DNA of 56,772 nt from Acidobacteriaceae bacterium (GCA_025360145.1 JANYCV010000437.1:1-56772), one strand, 5' to 3'; shown: positions 36,339 to 45,795, counted from the stretch's first letter. Translations and numbers: made by a program. The notes: generated by a model not told the origin, from the letters alone.

Positions 36339-37940
36339 TTGACTATCGTGTCAATCAGATTTTTGACCGGACTTTTCTCTCCGCTCCAGGTTAGGGTTCT
36401 ATTAGTTGTGGCGGCTAGCCTGGGCTGCGGAGAAACAGCGATCCCGCCAGGGGATAAGACGATCGTCGCCATCCAGGAGCAGATTGCCAGTGGCGATTTG
36501 CAAGGGGCGCGCACGCGATTGAAGGCGCTGCTCGACCGCCAACCGCGAGTCGCCGCGTTGCACAACCTCCTCGGCATTATCGATGCGCAAGAAGACCGCT
36601 ATGCTTCCGCGGAATCGAACTTCGGGAGTGCGATCCGGCTGGCGCCGGCGTCCACCGGGGCGTACCTTAATTTGGGCAGACTGTATTCCCTGAATACCGA
36701 GCGTGACGAAGGGGCAATAGCAAAGGGCATCGATATATACCGGCGCGCCCTGGCAGTGGACGCACGTTCCGTCGAGAGCCGATATCAGCTCGCGCTTCTT
36801 CTGGAATGGCGGGGATCTTTTTCAGAGTCGCTGAAGCTGCTCCGCCAACTGCCTGCGGATGAAACGCGGACCTCGCGAGTGCTCGCTCTTGAGGCGGCCG
36901 CCCTGGCGGGTTTGAATAACGTAAATGACGCTGCAGCGGTCATTCGCACTTTGGTTGAAAAACCGGATTTCTCAGAGGAGCATGCATCCGCCATTCTTGC
37001 CGTGCTCGATAAGCGCGGAACCGACGATCTCACGCTGCCGCTACTCGAAGGTTTGGTGCACAGGAACCTGGCCCCGGCGCCAGTTGTCCGGCGGCTTGGG
37101 GAAATTTACGAGCGGCTCGGGCAATGGGACCAGGCGCGGCTGCTCTATGCAAATTCGGCAAGAAACCAGGTTCCATCGGTACAGCCCCTGCTGGACCTGG
37201 CTCGCGTGGCATACAAGCAGCGCGACCTGGAAGGAGCTTTAAGTTACGTTGGACAGGCCCGTGACCTGGACCCGGATAACCCGAAAATCCACTTGTTTTT
37301 CGGCGTGGTTGCCATGCAGTTGAACGTGCCGATCGACGCGAAAAGTTCGTTGCTGAAAGCCATCGAGTTGGAGCCTGAAAACGCGTATACTCATTACGCC
37401 ATGGGCTTGGTTGCCTTACAGGGTCACGACCCAAGCGAGGCGGTTCCTTATTTTCAGAAATATGCCTTGAAAAACCCCAAGGATCCGCGCGGCAGATTCG
37501 CCGTTGGCGCTGCGTATTTTTATGCCGGCGAATACGACGAAGCCAAGCGCGAAATGCAGGCCGTTACGGGCAGCCCTGAGGCGTCGGGGGGAGCGCATTA
37601 CTATCTGGGCCGCATTGCGAAGATCGACCAAGATCTGGAAACGGCATCGGGGCACCTTCAGAAGGCTGTGCGGCTGCTGCCGGATTTCGCGGATGCCCAC
37701 GCCGAACTCGGGCTCGTGTATACCCGGCAAAACGACTACGGCTCCGCTAGCCGCGAGTTGCAGCGAGCGCTCGATCTCGATGCAAATAATTATCTTGCGA
37801 ATACGAACCTGCTGATCCTCTATTCCCGAACAAAGGATGATCGAACCGCTGCACAAACCGTCCGCGTGAAGCAACTGCAGAATGAGCGCGAGAAGAGACT
37901 GGACCTGTTGATGAGAACCATTGAGGTGCGGCCGTATTGA
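36339..37940 (+). CDS. TPR-repeat protein 1 (possible lipoprotein; start uncertain)
   Basis: Hydrophobic N-terminus ending ...VVAASLGCGE. Many TPR-like units (e.g. AHYYLGRIAKIDQDLETASGHLQKAVRLLPDFADAHAELGLVY). Confidence 0.75.
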   Translation: MTIVSIRFLTGLFSPLQVRVLLVVAASLGCGETAIPPGDKTIVAIQEQIASGDLQGARTRLKALLDRQPRVAALHNLLGIIDAQEDRYASAESNFGSAIRLAPASTGAYLNLGRLYSLNTERDEGAIAKGIDIYRRALAVDARSVESRYQLALLLEWRGSFSESLKLLRQLPADETRTSRVLALEAAALAGLNNVNDAAAVIRTLVEKPDFSEEHASAILAVLDKRGTDDLTLPLLEGLVHRNLAPAPVVRRLGEIYERLGQWDQARLLYANSARNQVPSVQPLLDLARVAYKQRDLEGALSYVGQARDLDPDNPKIHLFFGVVAMQLNVPIDAKSSLLKAIELEPENAYTHYAMGLVALQGHDPSEAVPYFQKYALKNPKDPRGRFAVGAAYFYAGEYDEAKREMQAVTGSPEASGGAHYYLGRIAKIDQDLETASGHLQKAVRLLPDFADAHAELGLVYTRQNDYGSASRELQRALDLDANNYLANTNLLILYSRTKDDRTAAQTVRVKQLQNEREKRLDLLMRTIEVRPY

Positions 37941-38830
37941 TTCGCTTTACCGCCATGCTCGGCGTGATATTTTTCGATCACCTCTCGAGCGCGCAGCAAG
38001 ATGGCCTCGACCAGAGCATCCGCGCGCTCAACAGAGGGGACTTTGCCGAAGCAACCACACTGACGTCAGCTTTTCTGGCGAAGCACCCGGATTCCACGCA
38101 GGCGCTGGTTCTCTCGGCGCAAGCGCACATGGGGCAGGGTCACTCTGCGCCGGCTTACACGGACTTGCGCAACGCCCTCAATCTCGATCCTCGAAACATC
38201 GAGGCCCTCTACTATATGGGCAAGCTCAGCGGCGTGCTGGCGCAAACAGAGTTGCAGCGGTTGTACCGGCTCGCGCCTAATTCGGCGAGGGTTCACGAAT
38301 TGCTGGCGGAGTTCTATCACGCCCGTGAGGATTCCGCGAACGAGGAGAAGGAATATCTCGCCGCCCTTAAATTGGACTCGCGTTCCCTGCCGGTGCTCAT
38401 TGCTTTGGGAGACCTGACCCGCTACAAGGCGCGATACGAACAAGCCATTTCTTTTTACTCGCAGGTGGAGAAGGCCGATCCGTCCAATTACAATGCGTTA
38501 TACGGACTCGGCGCATGCTATCTGTTTCGACAGGAGCCTCAAATGGCCGCAAGCTTTTTCCGAAAGGCATTGAAAACAGCACCCGATTCGGCGGCGGCGC
38601 GCTTCGCGCTCGGAGACGCGCTCTTGCGTCTGAAGCAAGATGACGAGGCCGCGAGAGAACTGGCTGCGGCGATCTCAATCAGTCCCGATATGAAGCAGGC
38701 TTATGCGCTGATCGGCCGCGCCTACCAACGGCTGGGACGCGCCCAGGAAGCTGAACAGGCCTTCCACAAGTTCCAAGAGCTTTCGAAAGCCGACATCGAG
38801 CATGCTGCCTTCCCGAAAAGGGAGAAATGA
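37937..38830 (+). CDS. TPR-repeat protein 2
   Basis: The TTG at 37937 overlaps the previous stop (TTGA). An alternative ATG lies at 37955. TPR units are present throughout. Confidence 0.7.
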   Translation: MIRFTAMLGVIFFDHLSSAQQDGLDQSIRALNRGDFAEATTLTSAFLAKHPDSTQALVLSAQAHMGQGHSAPAYTDLRNALNLDPRNIEALYYMGKLSGVLAQTELQRLYRLAPNSARVHELLAEFYHAREDSANEEKEYLAALKLDSRSLPVLIALGDLTRYKARYEQAISFYSQVEKADPSNYNALYGLGACYLFRQEPQMAASFFRKALKTAPDSAAARFALGDALLRLKQDDEAARELAAAISISPDMKQAYALIGRAYQRLGRAQEAEQAFHKFQELSKADIEHAAFPKREK

Positions 38831-39663
38831 TGACGAACGCCCGCATCCGGTTGTTTGCGTTAGGCCTGGGGCTTGCCGCCACGACGCGCGCGCAAACATC
38901 CGCGCTGCCGCCACAGTTGGAACAGCAGTTCGAGACATGTGTGCAAGCGCAAAAAGCCGGCAAGCTCGACATGGCCGAGAAGTGTCTCCTCGACTTAATC
39001 GCCAAGGGCGGCAAAGCATCTTTCGTGCTCAACAATCTCGGGATCGTCTATCAACAGAAGTCGGAACACAATCGCGCGATCGCCCGGTTCCGGGAAGCCA
39101 TCGGTCTCGAGGAGGACTACGGCGCGCCGCATTATCTGTTGGGAATCAGCCTGCTTGCCGTAGGCAGGGACAGCGGAGCCGTTTCTGAACTGGCGCGTGC
39201 CGTCCAGCTTCTCCCTGAAAACACTCGCGCTCGCATCGCACTGGCCCAGGCCTATGAGCGCACGGGCGATCTTCTGAGTGCAGTCGACGAGCGCACGGCC
39301 GTGAGCGACGCTCACCCGCAGGACCCGGAGCCCATCTATCAGCTCGCCAGAGCGCATCAAAAGCTCGCGGCATCGTGCTTCGAGCGTATGAAGCAAGTGA
39401 ATCCTGCGTCCGCCAGAGTTTATCAAGTACTCGGTGAAAACGAAATCATTCAAGGGCACACCGATCGCGCGATCGACGCTTTCCGGAAGGCAGCGGAGGC
39501 CGATCCCACGCTGGCCGGGTCGCACTTGGCGCTCTCTTTCATCTTCGCGGGGCAGGGGCGCACCAAGGAAGCCATCGACGAAACCAGCCGGGAATTAGCC
39601 GTGGCGCCCGAGAGCGCCGCAGCATTGGGCCTGCAGCGCAAGCTCCAGTCTTCTCAGCCATGA
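38827..39663 (+). CDS. TPR-repeat protein 3 (secreted)
   Basis: ATGA overlap with the previous gene. Signal peptide MMTNARIRLFALGLGLAATTRAQ. TPR units present. Confidence 0.75.
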   Translation: MMTNARIRLFALGLGLAATTRAQTSALPPQLEQQFETCVQAQKAGKLDMAEKCLLDLIAKGGKASFVLNNLGIVYQQKSEHNRAIARFREAIGLEEDYGAPHYLLGISLLAVGRDSGAVSELARAVQLLPENTRARIALAQAYERTGDLLSAVDERTAVSDAHPQDPEPIYQLARAHQKLAASCFERMKQVNPASARVYQVLGENEIIQGHTDRAIDAFRKAAEADPTLAGSHLALSFIFAGQGRTKEAIDETSRELAVAPESAAALGLQRKLQSSQP

Positions 39664-40658
39664 TGGGCCGATTACCGAGCCTCGCCATTCTGTTCGGCGT
39701 TTACGCCGCCGCCCAGACCGTGATCGACAGTCCGGAACCATCTCTTCTGAAACAGAGGCTGCGCGAAGCGCCGCTGTCCAATGTCACGAAACTGGAAATA
39801 GAAGGGGCGTTGGATAAGAGCGATTACGTCCATGCGGAGCGCGTGCTGGTCAACGAAATCCAGCGGTTGCCGCGGCCGGTGGAATTGCTGGAATTGGCCG
39901 CAAGCGTGTTTTTCTTGCATGGAGAGTATCTGAATGCGGCGGTCGCGCTGAAAAAGGCGGAAGCGATTCGTCCGTTGGCTCCAGGCGACCGCTTCACTCT
40001 GGCTATGGCGTATATCGCGATGAAGCACCCGGATTGGGCGCGCGCGGAACTGGTAAACCTTTCGAGGGGCGAGCCCAAAAACCCGTTGTATATCTATTGG
40101 CAAGCGCGCCTGGATTATGACGACCGTCGATATTCGGACGCTATTGTTAAATTGCGGGAGGTGATTGCACTCGACGTAAAATCCGCAAAGGGTTACGACA
40201 ATTTGGGGCTTGCGCTTGAGGCCGTCGGCAAGTTGGAAGAAGCCACCGAAGTGTACAGTCAGGCCGTTCGATTGAATCGCGAAGCACCGAAGAAATCCGG
40301 CTGGCCGCCTTTGAATTTCGGAATTCTTCTGATGAAGATGGGACAAACCGCGGAGGCCGAGCCGTACCTGCGGGAGGCTTTTATGTACAATCCAAAGTCT
40401 CCCGAAATCGCCTACCGGCTCGGGGTGTTGCTGGAACGGCAGAACAGGCTGGAAAAGGCGATCGATCAGTTGCAGAGCGCCGTTGCGTTGGATCCCCTAT
40501 ATCCGGGACCACATTATGCTCTCGGCCGCATCTACCGTCGAATGGGAGACGAAGGTAAAGCCAGGCAAGCTTTTGCGAAATTTCAGAATTTGAAGCGAGA
40601 TGCCAGCGCACAAAGGACAGCTAACGAGAGTTCCGCTGCCCAACAACCGGCGCAGTAG
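39660..40658 (+). CDS. TPR-repeat protein 4 (secreted)
   Basis: ATGA overlap with the previous gene. Signal peptide MMGRLPSLAILFGVYAAAQ. TPR units (e.g. GPHYALGRIYRRMGDEGKARQAFAKFQ). Confidence 0.75.
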   Translation: MMGRLPSLAILFGVYAAAQTVIDSPEPSLLKQRLREAPLSNVTKLEIEGALDKSDYVHAERVLVNEIQRLPRPVELLELAASVFFLHGEYLNAAVALKKAEAIRPLAPGDRFTLAMAYIAMKHPDWARAELVNLSRGEPKNPLYIYWQARLDYDDRRYSDAIVKLREVIALDVKSAKGYDNLGLALEAVGKLEEATEVYSQAVRLNREAPKKSGWPPLNFGILLMKMGQTAEAEPYLREAFMYNPKSPEIAYRLGVLLERQNRLEKAIDQLQSAVALDPLYPGPHYALGRIYRRMGDEGKARQAFAKFQNLKRDASAQRTANESSAAQQPAQ

Positions 40659-41283
40659 TCCACAACCAGCGGGCGTTGGCGGTGAAAGAACTAAACCGGC
40701 GGCCAGGAGCGCGGTCGAAACCACTCGCGACACGCTACGCACCGCCGCCGGGCACGCCGTCTACGAAATGCGCAGAGCAGTGCTGGAATCGGTGTTTACA
40801 ACATTTTCAGGATTACTGTCGAGTCCGCTTGCTGGCGCCCGTCAGCGTAGCGTTTCCGAGCCGCGACCGTTAGGGAACGGAGATTCCAATTCAACGCTGT
40901 ACGTTAATTCTGAAAATGCTTTAGGCAGATCGGGGATCGGCGGCGATTTGCGAGACTTCTCGTTCCGAAGGCGCGAAAAGATCGCGGCTGAATGGCGGAT
41001 CATGTGTCTTACCCGCAACGTTTCGAAGCTCTTTCGAGCCGCAGTCTGCCCGCAGCCCGCCTGATACACGAGAACCTGCCCCAAATCCGCTCGCAATTGC
41101 TTTCGCCGGCTTCCAAACGCCGCGCAACATCCATGATTTGTGCTGACATGTACTTTGCACTGACAGGCTCACTCGATCCGCTTCGCAAAGGACTCGCTGA
41201 CACCCGGCAGGTGGAGATTTCATTCCGGCAGACTCCTGGCGGGTATCGCTTACTTTCGCTGAAAGCCATGTGAAGATGGACAT

Positions 41284-42477
41284 GTGGCGACTTTGCAATT
41301 TTCCGGGGCGCGAGAGTGTGTGCTGCGTGAGGTCCGCGCTGGGCGTGTACTGCCACCCGCGGAACTGGTGGCGCTGCATGACTGCGCGGGCCGTGTATTG
41401 GCCGAAGACATCCTGGCGGATCGCGACTATCCACCGCTGGCGCGTTCGGCTCGGGATGGCTTTGCGGTGCGGGCCGCCGATTTTCCCGGTAGTGTCCGAG
41501 TGATTGGGGAAGTGCGCGCGGGCGACCGTTTTCAAGGCGCGGTCCAGGCTGGGGAAGCAGTTGAAATCATGACCGGCGCTCCGGTGCCCGACGGAACCGA
41601 CTCGATCATCATGGTGGAGCACATCACAGGCGAAGGCGCGGCCATCACCACAGACCGCCCCGTAAAGTCCGGCGACTTTATCAATTTGCGGGGGTGCGAG
41701 TCACCGCGAGGGTCCGTTGTTCTTCGCGCCGGTTCGCGGCTCGACTACGCGGGCCTCGCGATGCTGGCCACCGTCGGCCGGACCCTCGCGCCCGTCTACC
41801 GTAAGCCGCGCGTGGCAATTCTGGCAACAGGCGATGAGATTGTGGACGTTGACGAATTGCCAATGGAGCACCAGATCCGGAATTCGAATTCCGCGTCGCT
41901 AGCCGCGCAGGTGGCGCGTGCAGGTGGAAGTGCTTTGATTCTGCCTGTAGCCCGCGATACCTATAAAGCCACCAGGGAGTCCATCGCACTCGGTCTGCAA
42001 GCGGATCTGCTGCTGCTATCGGGAGGAGTCTCCGCCGGGAAGTACGACATCGTCGAGAAGGTACTCGCCGAATTTGACGCCGAGTTTTTCTTCGACCGCG
42101 TGCTGATTCAGCCTGGGCAACCACTGGTATTTGGACGTGCTGGCGGCAAGTTCTTCTTCGGCCTGCCCGGGAATCCCGCGTCTACGATGATCACTTTTGA
42201 ACTTTTCGCAAGGGCGGCGGTTGCATTGCTCAGCGGTGCTTCGGAATCGCCGCTGCACCTATTGCAGGCACGCTTGACCCGCGAGTTCCGGCATCGGCCG
42301 GGCCTCACCCGCTTTCTTCCGGCAGTGCTGAGCATTGACGGATCGCAGATAACACCTACCGGCTGGCAGGGCTCCGGAGATGTGGGAGCGATGGCGAGAG
42401 CAAATGCGTTCCTGGTAGCCGAGCCGGAACGGGAATCGTGGGCGGCAGGAGATCTGATGCGAGTGTTGGCCAAGTGA
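41284..42477 (+). CDS. moeA: Molybdopterin molybdotransferase MoeA
   Basis: GTG start. PPLARSARDGFAVRA, EIMTGAPVPDG, SGGVSAGKYD and GLPGNPAS match the E. coli MoeA blocks. Confidence 0.9.
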   Translation: MATLQFSGARECVLREVRAGRVLPPAELVALHDCAGRVLAEDILADRDYPPLARSARDGFAVRAADFPGSVRVIGEVRAGDRFQGAVQAGEAVEIMTGAPVPDGTDSIIMVEHITGEGAAITTDRPVKSGDFINLRGCESPRGSVVLRAGSRLDYAGLAMLATVGRTLAPVYRKPRVAILATGDEIVDVDELPMEHQIRNSNSASLAAQVARAGGSALILPVARDTYKATRESIALGLQADLLLLSGGVSAGKYDIVEKVLAEFDAEFFFDRVLIQPGQPLVFGRAGGKFFFGLPGNPASTMITFELFARAAVALLSGASESPLHLLQARLTREFRHRPGLTRFLPAVLSIDGSQITPTGWQGSGDVGAMARANAFLVAEPERESWAAGDLMRVLAK

Positions 42478-42935
42478 AGAAGCTTTCTCATTACGATTCA
42501 GCGGGCGAGGCGCGCATGGTGGACGTCTCCGCCAAACAGACGACGCAGCGGACTGCCCGGGCGCACGCGTTCGTGAAGATTCGTCCGTCGGTGCTGAAGA
42601 AGCTGCCGGAGAATCCAAAGGGGAATCCGCTGGAAATAGCGCGGATCGCGGGTGTGATGGCCTCAAAGAAAACTTCGGAGCTGATTCCCTTGTGCCATCC
42701 GTTGATGCTGTCCCACGCCGATGTGGATGTGCGCGTGGAAACAAAAGGAGTACGAATTGTTTCCACGGTGAGTACCAACGGGCAGACCGGAGTGGAGATG
42801 GAGGCGCTGACCGCGGCGGCTGTAGCGGCCTTGACGGTGTACGACATGACGAAGGCGCTGGATAAATCGATCGAAATTCAGGATCTTTATCTTTTAGAAA
42901 AAACGGGCGGCAAAAGCGGAGATTTCAAGCGATGA
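42474..42935 (+). CDS. moaC: Cyclic pyranopterin monophosphate synthase MoaC
   Basis: The GTG at 42474 forms a GTGA overlap with the moeA stop. LSHYDSAGEARMVDVSAK, LIPLCHPL and GVEMEALTAA motifs. Confidence 0.9.
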   Translation: MKKLSHYDSAGEARMVDVSAKQTTQRTARAHAFVKIRPSVLKKLPENPKGNPLEIARIAGVMASKKTSELIPLCHPLMLSHADVDVRVETKGVRIVSTVSTNGQTGVEMEALTAAAVAALTVYDMTKALDKSIEIQDLYLLEKTGGKSGDFKR

Positions 42936-42957
42936 CGGGAGATTTCAAGCGATGACG
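42918..42957 (+). repeat. Perfect 20-bp tandem duplication at the moaC/mogA junction
   Basis: GGAGATTTCAAGCGATGACG occurs at 42918..42937 and again at 42938..42957. Copy 1 holds the moaC stop and copy 2 holds the mogA start. Confidence 0.95.
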
Positions 42958-43452
42958 CACTCTGCCATGGTGTTCACCATCAGCGACTCTTCGCACGCGG
43001 GTACCCGCCGGGATGTTTCCGGTCCGGCGGTACGGGCGCGCCTGGAAGAGCTGGGATGGGCGGTAGAGTCCGAGGTGATGCCCGATGATGCGGCGTGGAT
43101 TTCCAGGCGGCTGGCGGAGGTGGCCGATAGCGGCGGCGCTGCGGCAATCTTCACCACCGGCGGCACCGGAGTGGCCCTGCGCGACGTAACGCCTGAGGCC
43201 ACGCGTGCGGTGATTGAGCGCGAAATACCGGGGTTCGGCGAATGGATGAGAATGAGCGGGCGCAGCTCCACGAAGACCTCCATACTTTCAAGAGGCGTCT
43301 CCGGAACCCGCGGCCAAACGTTGATTGTGAACTTGCCGGGATCGCCGCGCGGCGCGGTAGAGTCATTAAATGCGATCATTGATGTAGTGCCGCATGTGGT
43401 TGATTTGTTGCGCGGCAAGACGGAACACCATGAAGTTGATCCGAAACTCTAG
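42952..43452 (+). CDS. mogA: Molybdopterin adenylyltransferase MogA
   Basis: FTTGGTGVALRDVTPEAT, REIPGFGEWMR and LIVNLPGSPRG are near-collinear with E. coli MogA as remembered. Confidence 0.85.
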   Translation: MTHSAMVFTISDSSHAGTRRDVSGPAVRARLEELGWAVESEVMPDDAAWISRRLAEVADSGGAAAIFTTGGTGVALRDVTPEATRAVIEREIPGFGEWMRMSGRSSTKTSILSRGVSGTRGQTLIVNLPGSPRGAVESLNAIIDVVPHVVDLLRGKTEHHEVDPKL

Positions 43453-43460
43453 CCCTCCCA

Positions 43461-44561
43461 ATGACGTCACACCATAGAATGCGCCCACAATTCATAAGTC
43501 CTCTGGTTTCTGCCGCCGGTATCCTGGCTCTTGCGGGATTTGCCGTCTACGCGCAGGAAGGCGCGGCCGAGCGCGTCATCCGGTCCAACGTAACTGTGGT
43601 GGTAGCGCCGACAACGGTCACCGACCGCGACGGCAAATACGTCCACGATTTGAAGCCCAGCCAATTTACGCTCTTCGATAACGACAAGCCGCAGACGATC
43701 AAAGTGGATGAGACGTTTGCGCCCATCTCCCTCGTAGTGGCGATTCAGGCTGACCAGAAGGTGGAACCGGTGATTCCCAAGCTCCAGAAGATTGGAAGTC
43801 TGCTTACCACTCTGATGGCGGGCGAACAGGGAGAAGTGGCGATCCTGAGTTTCGACCACCGCTTGCAGGTCTTACAGGATTTCACCAGCGACACAACCAA
43901 AGTGCAAGAGGGACTGAAGAAATTGAAACCGGGGAGTTCCACCAGCCGGATGATCGACGCGGTGGAGCGGGCCAGCCAAATGCTGAAGTCGCGCTCGAAA
44001 GAGCGGCGGCGGATCGTGTTACTGATCGCCGAATCGCGCGATAAAGGCAGCGAAGGCAGACTTCGCGAATCACTGGCGACCACGCAAATCGATGACGTGA
44101 TGGTTTACGCCCTCAACATGTCGCGCTTTTACACTGAGACGATGACCGGACCCGGTATTCCCCGCCCCGATCCTATTCCTCCGGGAGCACGGCACGTTCC
44201 GGCCGGCGCGGTGAATACGCCCACCACCACGGCGCAGATCACGGGTAGCCAGGGATACGGTGTGAACTTCGTTCCGCTGATCGGTGAGATCTTCCGCGAC
44301 GTGAAGGGAATCTTCGTTGACAATCCAGTGGAGGTCTTCACCAAGTACACCGGTGGTCGCGAGATGGGCTTCGTGAGCCAGAAGTCACTCGAAAATGCCG
44401 TGACCGAGATCGGGCGCGAAATTCATAACCAATACATAATCTCCTACAATCCAGATAACAAGATTGAAGGCGGCTTTCACACGATTCGCGTGGATGTGGC
44501 CGGACGTTACAATGTCCGGACGCGTCCCGGTTACTGGCTGGCTGCTGTTAACGGCCAGTAA
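43461..44561 (+). CDS. VWA-domain protein of the acidobacterial VWFA-related type
   Basis: Signal peptide. N-terminal block VTVVVAPTTVTDRDGKYVHDLKPSQFTLFDNDKPQTI, then a VWA core and a C-terminal ...HTIRVDV...VRTRPGY. Confidence 0.75.
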   Translation: MTSHHRMRPQFISPLVSAAGILALAGFAVYAQEGAAERVIRSNVTVVVAPTTVTDRDGKYVHDLKPSQFTLFDNDKPQTIKVDETFAPISLVVAIQADQKVEPVIPKLQKIGSLLTTLMAGEQGEVAILSFDHRLQVLQDFTSDTTKVQEGLKKLKPGSSTSRMIDAVERASQMLKSRSKERRRIVLLIAESRDKGSEGRLRESLATTQIDDVMVYALNMSRFYTETMTGPGIPRPDPIPPGARHVPAGAVNTPTTTAQITGSQGYGVNFVPLIGEIFRDVKGIFVDNPVEVFTKYTGGREMGFVSQKSLENAVTEIGREIHNQYIISYNPDNKIEGGFHTIRVDVAGRYNVRTRPGYWLAAVNGQ

Positions 44562-45768
44562 AGGAAAGCGCGGCGAAGCTGACCACGCTGCCTTCATCGA
44601 TGTTCCACTGCTGATAGCCGCGGGTAGTTCCTCGCACTCCTGGATTCGCTTTTAGAAAAGTGTAAAGCGGCGAAGATCCGCACCATTTGAGATCGTCGCG
44701 ATTCTCTTGAACCATCTCCCAGAAGCCGCTCGCATCGCCGGCGTTCACTCGATCGATGCGCCCGCGGTCCCGCTCTGCCACCTCCAGCATCTCCGCGCGA
44801 TTGGCATAGGCATGGATCTCATCGCCGTAGCGCTGGCCCATGTGCGCCATATCGATGCCCAGCACCCAAAGCAGCCGCTCCGATTCTTTCGCTGCGATCT
44901 CGCCCAAGCGGCCGAGAAAACTCTTCACCCCATCGTTCGATTCCGGCGCCCCGCCCAGGTAAATGCTGTTTGCGTAGGAACCACACAGAATCGGCAGAAT
45001 CCGCACCTCCGGGCCGTAGATGTGCTGCAGAAACAGTACCTGAAATTCGATTGAGTGCTCGACGGAGTGGCAGTAGTCCTCCATGATGGCTGCGGGTTCG
45101 GTAGCCAGTTGTTCCAGAAGATCCATGTCCGTGACGGCTTCCCCGAATGGCGTGACGAAGCGCTTGCGGGTGAGTCCGAAATGGTCCGGCTCGCCGTAGT
45201 GCGAGGTGCCTAGGATGATGAATGTGCGGTCTTTGTGTTGCGGGCCAAGTGCGCTGTAGGCGGCGCGGTATGTCTCCCATCCGCCGAATGGACTGACGTG
45301 CGGCGCGGCAATGGCGACCAAGCCGTCAGTTGCCTCAGGCGGTCCTCCCGTCATGTATTCGGCAAGGGTCCGCTGCAACTCCTCGCGGTTGTCCGGGTAG
45401 GCCGCGCCAGCGTGCGACGGTTCGCGAACCGGGGATTCGGCGAACGCCCGCTGCCGCTCGGACTTCATTCTTTCAAACGATTCATCTTCCAGAAATCCGG
45501 CGCCGCTGAGCGTCGCGGCCAGATGCTGCGCGACTTTCCCGACATCCAGTTCACCTGTGATGCGGACCAGCATCTCCCGCAAGTCCAGCGCGGTTTGCTT
45601 TCCGTCGAAACACTGCAGGCACTGCACCAGCACCGGCGGAATGATGAGCGTCGCATCGGAGTACTGAAACGAATCGCGGATCAATAGGCCCGGGCGATCT
45701 TCCACCGGAGACGGCATGAAATCCAGGTTCATGCGCAAGCGAGGCAATGGCTGTGACATCCTAAACAT
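44548..45768 (-). CDS. MEMO1-family protein (AmmeMemoRadiSam system protein B-like) with a ~120-aa N-terminal extension
   Basis: The core matches the Memo pattern (VAIAAPHVSPFGG...FIILGTSHYG...HSIEFQ). The N-terminal extension is discussed in findings. Confidence 0.75.
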   Translation of the reverse strand: MFRMSQPLPRLRMNLDFMPSPVEDRPGLLIRDSFQYSDATLIIPPVLVQCLQCFDGKQTALDLREMLVRITGELDVGKVAQHLAATLSGAGFLEDESFERMKSERQRAFAESPVREPSHAGAAYPDNREELQRTLAEYMTGGPPEATDGLVAIAAPHVSPFGGWETYRAAYSALGPQHKDRTFIILGTSHYGEPDHFGLTRKRFVTPFGEAVTDMDLLEQLATEPAAIMEDYCHSVEHSIEFQVLFLQHIYGPEVRILPILCGSYANSIYLGGAPESNDGVKSFLGRLGEIAAKESERLLWVLGIDMAHMGQRYGDEIHAYANRAEMLEVAERDRGRIDRVNAGDASGFWEMVQENRDDLKWCGSSPLYTFLKANPGVRGTTRGYQQWNIDEGSVVSFAALSFTGR

Positions 45769-45795
45769 GATAGCGGCACGGTGGAGTAAACCAAT

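Noticed and set aside
40600-41622. ORFs of 154, 93, 84 and 233 aa in the gap upstream of moeA
   Set aside because: They overlap each other in different frames. One runs antisense into moeA. None has a recognisable motif, start context or signal. The region is treated as non-coding or decayed.
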